The notes under the pieces were generated by a model. That model did not search any database. It was not told the DNA's origin and saw nothing but the letters and a program-made list of their open reading frames with translations. A DNA stretch of 64,000 nt from positions 1-64,000 of IMG/VR virus record IMGVR_UViG_3300020733_000010. One strand, written 5' to 3'. This document shows, in pieces, positions 54,194 through 63,773 of the stretch; the first letter of the stretch is position 1, and every line of letters begins with the position of its first letter. Position numbers and translations under genes: made by a program. The stretch comes from a virus.

Positions 54194-55475
54194 GTTTGTC
54201 TAGTATATCTGCTAACCACGGTAGTACATCACGTAGTTTTTGATTGCGTAGTGCATCAATTGTTTTAGTTGAGTTATATAATTTTGGTAATAAAGCAGTC
54301 TTGTCTTCGGCAAACATGAATGTCAATATACCTGAATAGGACTGTCGTACTCCATCTGCCCAGTCTTTACCCATACAATTTTCAATCTCAATATAGAATT
54401 GTTCATATTGTTGTTTAATATATTGTTTAGTTTCATAAGGTAGCACTTGGACACACATTTCATTTGGTCCTACTAACATATGATAGCTTGGTATTCTTCG
54501 TAGTCTAGGATATCCTTTATCTAGTAACCACTTTGACATATTTAAAAAATCTAATATATTGTATACGTTAACCGTAGTTGATATAGATCCATGTATATGT
54601 TTACTAGTGTTATATCCTAGTTTATCTACGTTCTTTTGAACAACGTCCCATGTGCTAGGATTTCTCAAATAGAATGCTAGTTCTCCTGTGCCATCCAAAC
54701 TACAGCCAATTCCAACTTCTTTAAAGTTTTCCCATAGGTCATATAGTTTATCAGGTACTGCAAACATGTTTGAGTTGTATTCAAGCATGACTTGTTTACT
54801 GTACCCCATTTCAATTATCTTTTCTAATAACTTGAAGTGTGTTTTGTTGACGGTTGGTTCACCGCCGGTGAAGTAATATCTGTCAACGTATGGTATAACT
54901 TTTTCAATCTTGTTCCAAAATTTAGGATTTTCATACCAACTAAAGTCGTCTGAATCAACCTCATACTTGTTGTTCGTTTTTGATATTTGATATGTCTTTG
55001 AATTATAAAAATTCATAACTGCCGGTTGTTGACCAGACAGTAATGCATATTCTTCATACCACAAACTGCTATCAGTAGGTCCACAGTAACGACAACGCAA
55101 ATTACATAAATTACCAAATCGTAAGTCTAAGTATCTAACAGGAAACTTAGATGTATCAATAGTTCCATCAGTTAGTGTTTCTTCATATTTTACATCAGAA
55201 TATGCACGTAGCATGTGATTACGTTTACTATGTAATCCGTGACTTTCTTCTTCATAGCACAAGTTACATGTTGGATTCTTAATATCATTCAACATATCAA
55301 CACGTAGTTGTTTGAACTCAACTGAATTCCTAACATCGTTAATTTCAGTATTGTTGATTGTTGCTCCTTTGATCTTTCCAAAAGGAGGATGAACTGCTTG
55401 GCAACATATTCTATAATCACCGTTTTGTTGTACTGCTGTGTGTACCCAAGGAATAGGACAAATACTACTGTTCAT
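54183..55475 (-). CDS. radical SAM protein with N-terminal twitch/SPASM-like Cys cluster
   Basis: GNLCNLRCRYC (CxxxCxxC), FTGGEP; N-terminal CPIPW...ICC, CNLC. Confidence 0.92.
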   Translation of the reverse strand: MNSSICPIPWVHTAVQQNGDYRICCQAVHPPFGKIKGATINNTEINDVRNSVEFKQLRVDMLNDIKNPTCNLCYEEESHGLHSKRNHMLRAYSDVKYEETLTDGTIDTSKFPVRYLDLRFGNLCNLRCRYCGPTDSSLWYEEYALLSGQQPAVMNFYNSKTYQISKTNNKYEVDSDDFSWYENPKFWNKIEKVIPYVDRYYFTGGEPTVNKTHFKLLEKIIEMGYSKQVMLEYNSNMFAVPDKLYDLWENFKEVGIGCSLDGTGELAFYLRNPSTWDVVQKNVDKLGYNTSKHIHGSISTTVNVYNILDFLNMSKWLLDKGYPRLRRIPSYHMLVGPNEMCVQVLPYETKQYIKQQYEQFYIEIENCMGKDWADGVRQSYSGILTFMFAEDKTALLPKLYNSTKTIDALRNQKLRDVLPWLADILDKHAT

Positions 55476-56761
55476 TGATATTTAAATTTCTCTAGTTGTT
55501 CTTCTGTGTATTCTACTAACTTTCCGCCATCAAGTAATGAACGAATTGGAACTAGGCTTAACATTCCTTTTATTCTATTATTTGCTCCTGGTTTATTTAG
55601 TGTACCTAAACTTTCAATCTTTGATTTTAAGTTAACTGCCCTATCGACATACTGAGGCGGAGCCATAAGTTTAATCTCTAGCCAGTGGTCATCGTCATGT
55701 TCATCAAAGTGTTTGCATATTGCTTCAATGTTTCTTACAAACCTATCTTCTTCTTTTTCAGTTGTCAATCCATCAAAGTGTGCGCTTAAATTGATACTGT
55801 TCATGTATTGAACTAACTCACCCCAGTACTTGTAATCTCTAGTTCCATTACTAGTAACCATTGTCCATTGATTTCTATTCTTTAGATGTTTCATTAGTTC
55901 TAAAAATTGTGGGTGTAGTGTAGGTTCTCCTCCACCAAAATTCCAACGTATTGATTCTCCGTGTGACCAATCATCTATTATTTTATCCACTGTATTGACT
56001 AGCACAGAAAAATCTTTATGTTCTTCAACTCTATTGTGTACTCCTGCCCAACAGTAACTACAATCATAGTTACAACGTCTTCCTATATCCCATAATATTT
56101 GATAAGGTATAGGAAAGTTCATTTCAACTGCGACTTGCTCATCTATTGAATCTACTAAATCATTCATGGTTTGTTCTTTGCCTTCCCATGAGTTATTGGT
56201 TACTACTAGTAATTCTTGATGTTCCGAAGACTTTGCTTTACTAAGTACAACATCTGCACCACATCCGCAATTATCCCAAACACAATTGAACCATTCTTTA
56301 GGTAGATCATATCCGTCAAATATATTACCCAAAAATCCCTGATACTTCTGCTTCATTTCGTCTGTATTTGGAATAAGAAACTTATGTGCATTAATAGTTT
56401 TCTTATATGCTTTGCCTAACAACTTACGTTTTTCCCACCAAGATGCATCAGGAATCTTTGGTGTTAATGGAATTATAAATTCATTCCAGCCTTTATAGTT
56501 AAATCTATCAATAACTGCACCTGCGTTATTACAAGCCCACAAATTACCATCATAGTCAATATATAGACCGCGTACACCTGCACTGCATGACCAATCTTTC
56601 CAATGATTATATCCTCTAGCTATAGTTTCATCTACCGACAGTCTTATATACTTTTTAGAACTGTCATAGATTCTAAACTGCTTGTTTGTGTTTGCATCAT
56701 CCATTAACATACTCTTTCGTTGACATAATATCAAAATTACAATGGCACATTGTTTTATCAC
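55472..56761 (-). CDS. radical SAM protein with N-terminal SPASM-like domain (likely start about 56710)
   Basis: RRCNYDCSYC, FGGGEP; N-terminal WSCSAG...ID.DG.L..C...C.WDNC.C..D. Confidence 0.9.
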   Translation of the reverse strand: MIKQCAIVILILCQRKSMLMDDANTNKQFRIYDSSKKYIRLSVDETIARGYNHWKDWSCSAGVRGLYIDYDGNLWACNNAGAVIDRFNYKGWNEFIIPLTPKIPDASWWEKRKLLGKAYKKTINAHKFLIPNTDEMKQKYQGFLGNIFDGYDLPKEWFNCVWDNCGCGADVVLSKAKSSEHQELLVVTNNSWEGKEQTMNDLVDSIDEQVAVEMNFPIPYQILWDIGRRCNYDCSYCWAGVHNRVEEHKDFSVLVNTVDKIIDDWSHGESIRWNFGGGEPTLHPQFLELMKHLKNRNQWTMVTSNGTRDYKYWGELVQYMNSINLSAHFDGLTTEKEEDRFVRNIEAICKHFDEHDDDHWLEIKLMAPPQYVDRAVNLKSKIESLGTLNKPGANNRIKGMLSLVPIRSLLDGGKLVEYTEEQLEKFKYQ

Positions 56762-57653
56762 AAATAACTGGTTCTGATGGAAGTTTCAAATCAGTGTCAT
56801 CAATATATCCAATATGTTCACCTACTTTACACCATCCTCGATGGATGCTACCGTCCATATCAACAATCAACTGCTCTACGCCTGAATAGCATTTCCATCC
56901 AGACCAATCATTTATTTTACCACTTATGAATCTATGTGCCGACGCAACTTGCGATATGCCATCAGGAAAAACAACACGCATAGCGCCGCGATAATAGTCA
57001 AAAGATTTCGTAAACTTGATATGTTTTGTAATCAAATCATGTTGTTTATCAAACACTTCCTTTTGTTCATTAGTGTAGTCATACAGTACTTCACCAAAGT
57101 CATGTATCAAAGGTTGTAATGCCATTGACAAGTTACCTAAGTCTTTGATTCTATTTGCAACTTCAAAACATTCATCAAACTTTTCTGGGCTCATCATAAT
57201 ATTAACGTGAGTACGAATGTCATTGTGACAAATCTTTACTACTTCAATAAAATGTTCAACGTCAGCGAACTCAGGATGATAACTCAAACATACATGGTCA
57301 AAGTATTGTTTGTTTTCTTCCCAGTATCTTAATGTACGTGATCCATTTGATATTAATCCAACTTTAACACCTAACTCAGTACAGTATTGACATATTTCTA
57401 AAAAGTGTTTGTACAATGTAACTTCACCACCGGTAAATTCAAAATACAATTTCTTTTCTGGATGTTGTGTCTTTACTTTTAGTATAAAGTTTTTGATTGA
57501 TTCTAAATCAGGCCAACGTTTTGAACCATCATGCAAACCTGAAGGACAATAACTACATGCAAAGTTACATGTGTTACCTAGACACCAGTTAACAACGAAC
57601 CAATCGTTGTGTACAGGATTGCTGTGTTCTATTCTAATATATCTGTGTTCCAT
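56697..57653 (-). CDS. radical SAM protein with C-terminal SPASM/twitch domain
   Basis: NTCNFACSYC, FTGGEVT; C-terminal KCYSG...DGSIHRGWC...CDKTMCHCNFD. Confidence 0.92.
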   Translation of the reverse strand: MEHRYIRIEHSNPVHNDWFVVNWCLGNTCNFACSYCPSGLHDGSKRWPDLESIKNFILKVKTQHPEKKLYFEFTGGEVTLYKHFLEICQYCTELGVKVGLISNGSRTLRYWEENKQYFDHVCLSYHPEFADVEHFIEVVKICHNDIRTHVNIMMSPEKFDECFEVANRIKDLGNLSMALQPLIHDFGEVLYDYTNEQKEVFDKQHDLITKHIKFTKSFDYYRGAMRVVFPDGISQVASAHRFISGKINDWSGWKCYSGVEQLIVDMDGSIHRGWCKVGEHIGYIDDTDLKLPSEPVICDKTMCHCNFDIMSTKEYVNG

Positions 57654-58597
57654 TACCATCCCTCTATTTTTCTAATTACATCAATCTCTTTAACGAGAGG
57701 ACCCAAATTATGTTTATCTTTGTTATAATGTCTTTTAAAAAACTTTGATTGTTCACGATCAAGTGTATTGATTGGCAAGTCTAACTTATTGCGTAAACTA
57801 TTACCAAATAACTCTGCATTAATTCTTGGGTCGTTATCTTTATGGTCTTGCCATAACTTTTCTAAGTTGTCGAACCATTGAACTTGTATTGGATCAAAGT
57901 CTTGTGTCATTGTCATGTGTGTGCCAAGTCTTGCACCGTAAATAGCCCACATACCATTTTCTATATCCGCACCTACGTTATGCCAAATAGTTAAATTGTC
58001 TAAGTTACGACTTGGGATACGTTTAAATTCACTTATATTGGGGACTAGACCGCCTACTAAACACATCTTTACACCCTCACGAAATCCTGCACGCCATGCT
58101 TGAAAGGGTGTATAGTTAGGATATGTTGTGCTATAGCAATCATGCATTGCCCAGTATAATCCATCGTTATAATCTAAACAGAAGTCAACAGTTGTTTTAT
58201 TGTTGCCTTCACTGTTTTCGTGTGTCTTCATGTTCATCACATATTCTTTTGTCCATGAACTGATGCCACCGTTACCATACACCAAACCATTGATATTGTT
58301 TTTTGCTCTCCACCGATATTGTGCTTTGGTATATGATTCTTCTTTGTCTGTATAGTCTAGTGTTAGGTTAAAGAACTCAGGATCAGGTAAGTTGTCACCG
58401 TCGATTAAAATAAATCGTTCAGTATCAGACTCTTCCGCGGCTGCTTTATGAGCTGCATCACTGCCCTTAACACCGTCGACACGTCTGGCCCAGGGTACCA
58501 TGTTTTTAATCTTTAGCCAAAATTCTTCTTTTTGTGGTTCGTCATAGCTTAAGTAGATGCAATCTAAATCTTGTACATCAATTTGGTTTGAGTTCAT
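57653..58597 (-). CDS. GT-A-fold glycosyltransferase-like protein
   Basis: IYLSYDEP, RVDGVKGSDAAHKAAA, FILIDGD (DxD), NGLVYGNGG, AWRAGFREG. Confidence 0.7.
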   Translation of the reverse strand: MNSNQIDVQDLDCIYLSYDEPQKEEFWLKIKNMVPWARRVDGVKGSDAAHKAAAEESDTERFILIDGDNLPDPEFFNLTLDYTDKEESYTKAQYRWRAKNNINGLVYGNGGISSWTKEYVMNMKTHENSEGNNKTTVDFCLDYNDGLYWAMHDCYSTTYPNYTPFQAWRAGFREGVKMCLVGGLVPNISEFKRIPSRNLDNLTIWHNVGADIENGMWAIYGARLGTHMTMTQDFDPIQVQWFDNLEKLWQDHKDNDPRINAELFGNSLRNKLDLPINTLDREQSKFFKRHYNKDKHNLGPLVKEIDVIRKIEGW

Positions 58598-58877
58598 ATG
58601 TTTTTATATCCCATGTAATTGTTTTACCTATATAACTGTTATCTACTATAATACACGCATCTTCACTTGCACAACGAATGCCGGTAGTGCTAGGTGCGAG
58701 TTTTGAAATGGTTACTAAATCGTTTAGTTTAACTATCTTGCCATCAATGACTTTGATATCATGTCTGCATTCTGCAAACGTCATTGCATCAATCACAATA
58801 TAATTGCCCGGTAAGTCTTCGCCTGTATAACAGATAATAGCACCGGTGTCGTCATAATATAATCTGAACTCAGCCAT
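58578..58877 (-). CDS. hypothetical protein
   Basis: FRLYYDDTGAIICY; overlaps both neighbours. Confidence 0.75.
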   Translation of the reverse strand: MAEFRLYYDDTGAIICYTGEDLPGNYIVIDAMTFAECRHDIKVIDGKIVKLNDLVTISKLAPSTTGIRCASEDACIIVDNSYIGKTITWDIKTYELKPN

Positions 58878-59658
58878 AAAATGCTTTCAATGTTTTAGCA
58901 AAATCTTTTACATAGTAATGTACAGGATTCCATTGTGGTATTGATTGTATTCGTAGTGGATTACCATACTCACATACCAGTTCTTGTGTCCAATCATCAG
59001 TGAAGGTATCATTGATATATTGTTTAAGATGTGCCATCTTAAATCCATCAATACTAGTTGTCTGTTCAACGCCCATGATATGACATGCGATACTATAAGC
59101 CCAATCAGTTGTTATTAGTTCGTCAACGTTGCAAATAAAGATTTGCTTATACCTATCCCAGTTTTCAAATACATCACGTACAATTTGAAAGAACTGTTTA
59201 CTATAATCACTTTTATCAAAATAGGTTAATGCGTTATAAACATCAGGTAAATCGTTGTCAGTTATAAACTTACGATATGCTTTTACTGTAGAAACGTTGC
59301 CTTTATAATCTGTTATAGTGTTGCAGACATTTACATTCACATTACTAAATTTAGTAAAGAAGTGATCCATGTTCATGGGTATATACATGTCAGCTTCTAG
59401 TTTGATAGTGTAATCGTATGGACTAGCGTCAAACACTTGCCAATCATTGATTAGTTTCCAATCACTGTCAGGGGCTAAGTCTCCATAAGGTAGTTTAACT
59501 AATTGATTGAATGCCGAACAATCACTATTGTCATTACTAATCAACGTGATATCAGCATTTGGATTTGCAACTTTCAATGAGATAGCCAATGCTTCGGCAC
59601 ACTCAACATAATTAGTTGTTGAGGTGTTCTGTGCTAGTACTACATAACCTTTAGTCAT
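58870..59658 (-). CDS. glycosyltransferase-like protein (GT8-like)
   Basis: GYVVLAQN...Y..CA..LA.S; SPYDYTIKLEADM; VYNALTYF. Confidence 0.7.
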   Translation of the reverse strand: MTKGYVVLAQNTSTTNYVECAEALAISLKVANPNADITLISNDNSDCSAFNQLVKLPYGDLAPDSDWKLINDWQVFDASPYDYTIKLEADMYIPMNMDHFFTKFSNVNVNVCNTITDYKGNVSTVKAYRKFITDNDLPDVYNALTYFDKSDYSKQFFQIVRDVFENWDRYKQIFICNVDELITTDWAYSIACHIMGVEQTTSIDGFKMAHLKQYINDTFTDDWTQELVCEYGNPLRIQSIPQWNPVHYYVKDFAKTLKAFYG

Positions 59659-60427
59659 TAACCAAACTCATAAAAACATTTTTATCCATACAGTGAAAGT
59701 CAGTGTTAGATATTGTGATATACTCAGGTCTTTTACCTGTTTCTTGAACCACATTATAGCATGTGTCATTGATTTTGTAAATCCTAGTATCAGTCATAAG
59801 ATGCACAAGATTCCAAGGAATGTACATACTATTATCTTCGACTTGCCCATTTACTATTCTTGTGGCAATTGTTAATCCATAATCGTTGCGATACATAGCA
59901 CCCATAATGTTATATAGTCTAACATAGTGTGGATAGTTCTCCTGTACCATTTTCAAACATTCAAAGATTTGTTGTGTTCTATCTGTTTTACGGAATGCAA
60001 TCACTGTTGCCCACAATGTTTGAAAACTCGTTGGACTAACCATTTCTTGTCTAGTATCAGGTTTCATCAACAAACTTGTATTCTTGTGGCACATAAAGTC
60101 GTCATACAAATCAAATATATTGTTCAATGCATTGCTATTGATTAGATAATCAGTATCCAATATGATTGTCTCATCATATGGAGTATATTCGTATGCACGA
60201 TATCTACCCTTGTTATACCATGGATTATTATTTCTAGTGTTTGTTGTTTGTGCATCGGTAAGTATAACACTATCAAACTTATAGTCTGTATTGGTTATAC
60301 TATTTGAGTCAGTTACTACAGTTACAGGTAGGTCTAAGAAACGGTTCGCTCTTTTTGCCGTAGCGACTGCCATTTCATAGTAATTTGTAGTGTCGTTGTT
60401 AAACGCAAAAAGCAATATGCCTTTCAT
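59651..60427 (-). CDS. glycosyltransferase-like protein, paralogue of 58870-59658
   Basis: GILLFAFNN..NY..MA; TPYDETIILDTDY (DxD); RNDYGLTIA. Confidence 0.7.
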   Translation of the reverse strand: MKGILLFAFNNDTTNYYEMAVATAKRANRFLDLPVTVVTDSNSITNTDYKFDSVILTDAQTTNTRNNNPWYNKGRYRAYEYTPYDETIILDTDYLINSNALNNIFDLYDDFMCHKNTSLLMKPDTRQEMVSPTSFQTLWATVIAFRKTDRTQQIFECLKMVQENYPHYVRLYNIMGAMYRNDYGLTIATRIVNGQVEDNSMYIPWNLVHLMTDTRIYKINDTCYNVVQETGKRPEYITISNTDFHCMDKNVFMSLVND

Positions 60428-60729
60428 CTTTTATTCTGTAGTTCTGTGAATTCAGTATGCCATTGTTCCATTACTTCTAAGTAGATACCATTGGCTTTTA
60501 ATAATAGTGCCACACGATCAACCTTTACAGGATTGTCATAGTCATCAAGTAAGATAAGCATAGTCGCAGTTGAACTTGCTAGACTAGAAAGAAATGTAGG
60601 CGTAATTGTCCACATTCCACCTTGATCGGCAAATGTGAGTTTTGCTTTATATTTGTCTTTAAGTTGTTGTTTAGATTTTGTGTGACCAAAACGAGCTTTA
60701 ATGTCACTTAGTAATTTGTCTGTATCCAT
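60424..60729 (-). CDS. hypothetical protein
   Basis: AGGAG RBS; GGMWTITP, LLDDYDNPV. Confidence 0.75.
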   Translation of the reverse strand: MDTDKLLSDIKARFGHTKSKQQLKDKYKAKLTFADQGGMWTITPTFLSSLASSTATMLILLDDYDNPVKVDRVALLLKANGIYLEVMEQWHTEFTELQNKR

Positions 60730-60776
60730 AAATACTCCTGAAAGTATTTAATGAACACAGACACTGCCCGTTAATT

Positions 60777-61736
60777 TTAACTGCCTGTTACTGAACCAAC
60801 AACTGTTACTGTTCCCCAGCTTGCAGTTGCTAAATAACCTGTTGCAGGTGGTTTGATTGTAACCGCGGTAGTTGTACCTGAAGTCATAATTAACCCATTA
60901 GGAACTTGATCCCATACTGTAACAATAGTAATTTGACTACCATTATCACCGTTACTACCGGTGGCACTATTAGTATTTACTTTAACAGTGATATTAGAAC
61001 TATCATAGCCTGTTGGGTTACCTGTTGCTAATTGACTGAATACTGCGGTACTAGTTGTTGTTAAACCATAATAACCATAACCAGTCGATAATGTCTGAGG
61101 TGTTCCTGTGTTACTCAAATTAGTAATACCAGTATATGACACACCAGCAATAGTAACGCTTCCTGAATTTGGACTACTCAATATAATAGTACCACATGCT
61201 GTTGCCAAACTGCTGAATAATGCATTGATACCAGTTCCAGTAGGGTGACTAAATGTAAGTGCAATTTGTCCGCCTGCGTTAAAGAAATACCTAGCCTGAT
61301 CACCTGAACCAAATGTTACAGTGTGTGTGAATGTTACTTTATCTACCCAAGTTGAACTATTTGTCGTTGTAGTTGTACTTGTTGTACCTACTTGACCTGC
61401 TGCTAGGTTACCTCTACCGTTATAAATGTTAGAGATATTAGTTGACAAACTACTATTATATGTAATGGTTCCACCTGCTGATGGATTAGTTAGTGCAGTA
61501 ATTGCAGTACCTTGCAGTGATGCAATATTTGTAATTGTTGTATACAACGCTGCCCAATCACTTGCTAAAACTTTGTTGTTTTGTGTTACTTGAGGAACAG
61601 GAGTTTGACCATAGCCAGATTTACCATTGCCTACAGCCCAGATTGTGTTTACTTGGTTAGCGACACTGCTTGGGCTAGTTCCATCTAAACCATTGAAATC
61701 TGCTGCCGCAATCGTACCGTACTGTGCGTATGTCAT
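60777..61736 (-). CDS. virion structural protein
   Basis: YAQYGTI.A.DFN, GYGQ, V.A.DW; F...DQARYFFNAGG; Thr/Ser/Gly-rich. Confidence 0.75.
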   Translation of the reverse strand: MTYAQYGTIAAADFNGLDGTSPSSVANQVNTIWAVGNGKSGYGQTPVPQVTQNNKVLASDWAALYTTITNIASLQGTAITALTNPSAGGTITYNSSLSTNISNIYNGRGNLAAGQVGTTSTTTTTNSSTWVDKVTFTHTVTFGSGDQARYFFNAGGQIALTFSHPTGTGINALFSSLATACGTIILSSPNSGSVTIAGVSYTGITNLSNTGTPQTLSTGYGYYGLTTTSTAVFSQLATGNPTGYDSSNITVKVNTNSATGSNGDNGSQITIVTVWDQVPNGLIMTSGTTTAVTIKPPATGYLATASWGTVTVVGSVTGS

Positions 61737-61745
61737 TTCTAATCC

Positions 61746-62963
61746 TTATTTTGTGATTGATACAACAGCAAGAACAGTTCCTGTTGCTGCATCTGTTTTA
61801 TTCTCTAACGCACGACCGATAACGTTGAATGCTGTCATTTCATCTCTCTTAGCAGCACGAGCATATCCTTTGATACCTGCACTGACTAAACGTTGACCCT
61901 TCTTAACTTTACCAATGACTTTAACTGGTACACGACCTGATACAGCGATTGCAGGGTGTGTATCGTTTCCGCCGGCAGCTCCGTTCATTGTGAAGCCAGC
62001 TGTTGTAGAAACAACACCAAATACTTCTTCGCTTGCATCGTCTGATACAGCAGTAATTTCTTTGTCACCGCCAATTTCAACAACTGTACCAGCATCATAG
62101 ATATCATCAGCTTCAAAACGTTCTGCCAAGTCAGCGTATGTTGCATTCAATTGAGCACCTGCTGCTAATGTCCAGATACCACTTATAGTACCGCCACCTG
62201 CGATGTAACCGGTTGTAATTTTAGTTGGGGCGATGTTACCTGTAAATTGAGAAACACTGTTTGCACCAGTTAAGTAATCACTTACATTAGTATTTGTATA
62301 TGTTCCTGATGGGTTAAAAGGTGCACCGTTACCATACATGTAGTTGTCACAACGAATACCATAACTTGCACTACCAAATGCCAAATTACCTTGAGCAACA
62401 GTAAATGCTGCACCAGCAGAGTTACCTGTAACTGACCATGAACCAGTGATTGAACCTGATGTTGTTGCACCGCCTGTACTAATTGTACGTGTGTTCAATG
62501 TTGCAATATTAGCTGTAGTAGCAGTAGCAAGGTTCATTGTTGTATTTGCTGATACTGTTGCATTAATTGCAACAATGTTTGCAGTGCTAATATTATTAGA
62601 AACTGTTAAGTTTGCACCAATTGACACACTACCTGTAACTGTGATGTTACCTAATGTTGCACTACCGCCAGAAGTTGCTGTTGCAACTGCTACCCAATCA
62701 CCCGCATTTGTAGTACCATCTGCTGGGCAGATATTCATTGTACTGTTAGTTGTGTTGTACCAAAGTTGACCTTTTAATGGGTTTGCAGGTGGTGTTGAAG
62801 ACGCAAAATTCTCCAACATTCTTACAAAGTTTGTATCTTGGATCTGTCCGTATCCTGCATAGTTTCTACCAATCAACCCTATAGACGTACTTGTTGTATT
62901 GATTGTCCCGTCCTGAATGGTTGTTAATGTAGTACCATTAGTTCTAATAATTTGATATGCCAT
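61746..62963 (-). CDS. virion structural/tail protein with C-terminal chaperone-like domain
   Basis: GLIGRNYAGYG...NFVRMLENFA...PL.GQLWY; YADLAERF...GTVVEIGG...AVSGRVPVKV.G. Confidence 0.8.
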   Translation of the reverse strand: MAYQIIRTNGTTLTTIQDGTINTTSTSIGLIGRNYAGYGQIQDTNFVRMLENFASSTPPANPLKGQLWYNTTNSTMNICPADGTTNAGDWVAVATATSGGSATLGNITVTGSVSIGANLTVSNNISTANIVAINATVSANTTMNLATATTANIATLNTRTISTGGATTSGSITGSWSVTGNSAGAAFTVAQGNLAFGSASYGIRCDNYMYGNGAPFNPSGTYTNTNVSDYLTGANSVSQFTGNIAPTKITTGYIAGGGTISGIWTLAAGAQLNATYADLAERFEADDIYDAGTVVEIGGDKEITAVSDDASEEVFGVVSTTAGFTMNGAAGGNDTHPAIAVSGRVPVKVIGKVKKGQRLVSAGIKGYARAAKRDEMTAFNVIGRALENKTDAATGTVLAVVSITK

Positions 62964-62992
62964 CGTGTTACTCCGCTATTCTTATATTTATC

Positions 62993-63610
62993 TTATACCG
63001 TTACCAAATTCGTTAGACTTTGGATGCGAATCGTGTAATCCACTTGGATTTGACGGTTCAAGCTCTTTTGTACAGGGTGAAAAATCACATGAGTCAGTAG
63101 TTTTGTGATTTCATTACCCGCAGTGTCAATTCCATAATATCCTAGCAAACCGATTTCATCAAATGTGTAGCTGCTAGTAATTTGAGAACTGTTGTCAAAC
63201 GCCGTTTGACCAGCTGGTTCGCCGTAATCTAATGTACATTGAATAACAATATCAGAATAGACTTTACCAGCAACGTGCCCTACAGTCATTTTGTTTTTCG
63301 TAGGATTTGTGTTACTGATATTTGTGTCGTCAACCAATTTTGCATAGGTTTGATTGTACAAATTAGCACTTTGACCAGTACTATTTGGTGGTAAATAGGT
63401 GACAATTCCGGTTTGGTCAATGCTTGCACCACCGTTACCAAATGCCATTTTATAGATAGAACCGATACCTCGGTTACTTAGTGCATCTGCTAGGGCAATA
63501 CTCATATTCTCATAGTGAATAGCATTGCATTTGTCTACAAAGACTTCTTTGGTTTCTGGATCATAGACTTTTAAAAAGCCAAGAATCTCAAATGGGATTA
63601 AGTTTGTCAT
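62993..63610 (-). CDS. conserved structural protein
   Basis: NAIHYENMS, MAFGNGG, LDYGEP.GQ.AFD, FDEIGL, THVIFHPVQKSLNRQIQVDYTIRIQ. Confidence 0.75.
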   Translation of the reverse strand: MTNLIPFEILGFLKVYDPETKEVFVDKCNAIHYENMSIALADALSNRGIGSIYKMAFGNGGASIDQTGIVTYLPPNSTGQSANLYNQTYAKLVDDTNISNTNPTKNKMTVGHVAGKVYSDIVIQCTLDYGEPAGQTAFDNSSQITSSYTFDEIGLLGYYGIDTAGNEITKLLTHVIFHPVQKSLNRQIQVDYTIRIQSLTNLVTV

Positions 63611-63759
63611 TATTCGTCGCCTCGTACTTGGACCAAGACTTGCTGTGTGTCCGGGTCTGTTATTTTTACCATAGAACTGAAGTAAATTCCACCGATTTCG
63701 TTCGGTTTCTGTGTTACTTCAGTTTGATCGGATTTCTTATCTTCAGGTTTTGATTGCAT
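63610..63759 (-). CDS. 49-aa peptide resembling the N-terminus of the downstream gene (not in ORF track)
   Basis: ATAAATA-AATT-ATG; VKITDPDTQQVLV versus LKVYDPETKEVFV. Confidence 0.7.
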   Translation of the reverse strand: MQSKPEDKKSDQTEVTQKPNEIGGIYFSSMVKITDPDTQQVLVQVRGDE

Positions 63760-63773
63760 AATTTATTTATCTC

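Noticed and set aside
260-62769. Numerous 60-200-aa ORFs antisense to or nested in real genes (e.g. 541-840, 14126-14431, 34061-34612, 52037-52360)
   Set aside because: They lack RBS or promoter context and recognisable motifs, and are explained as shadow frames of strongly supported opposite-strand genes.
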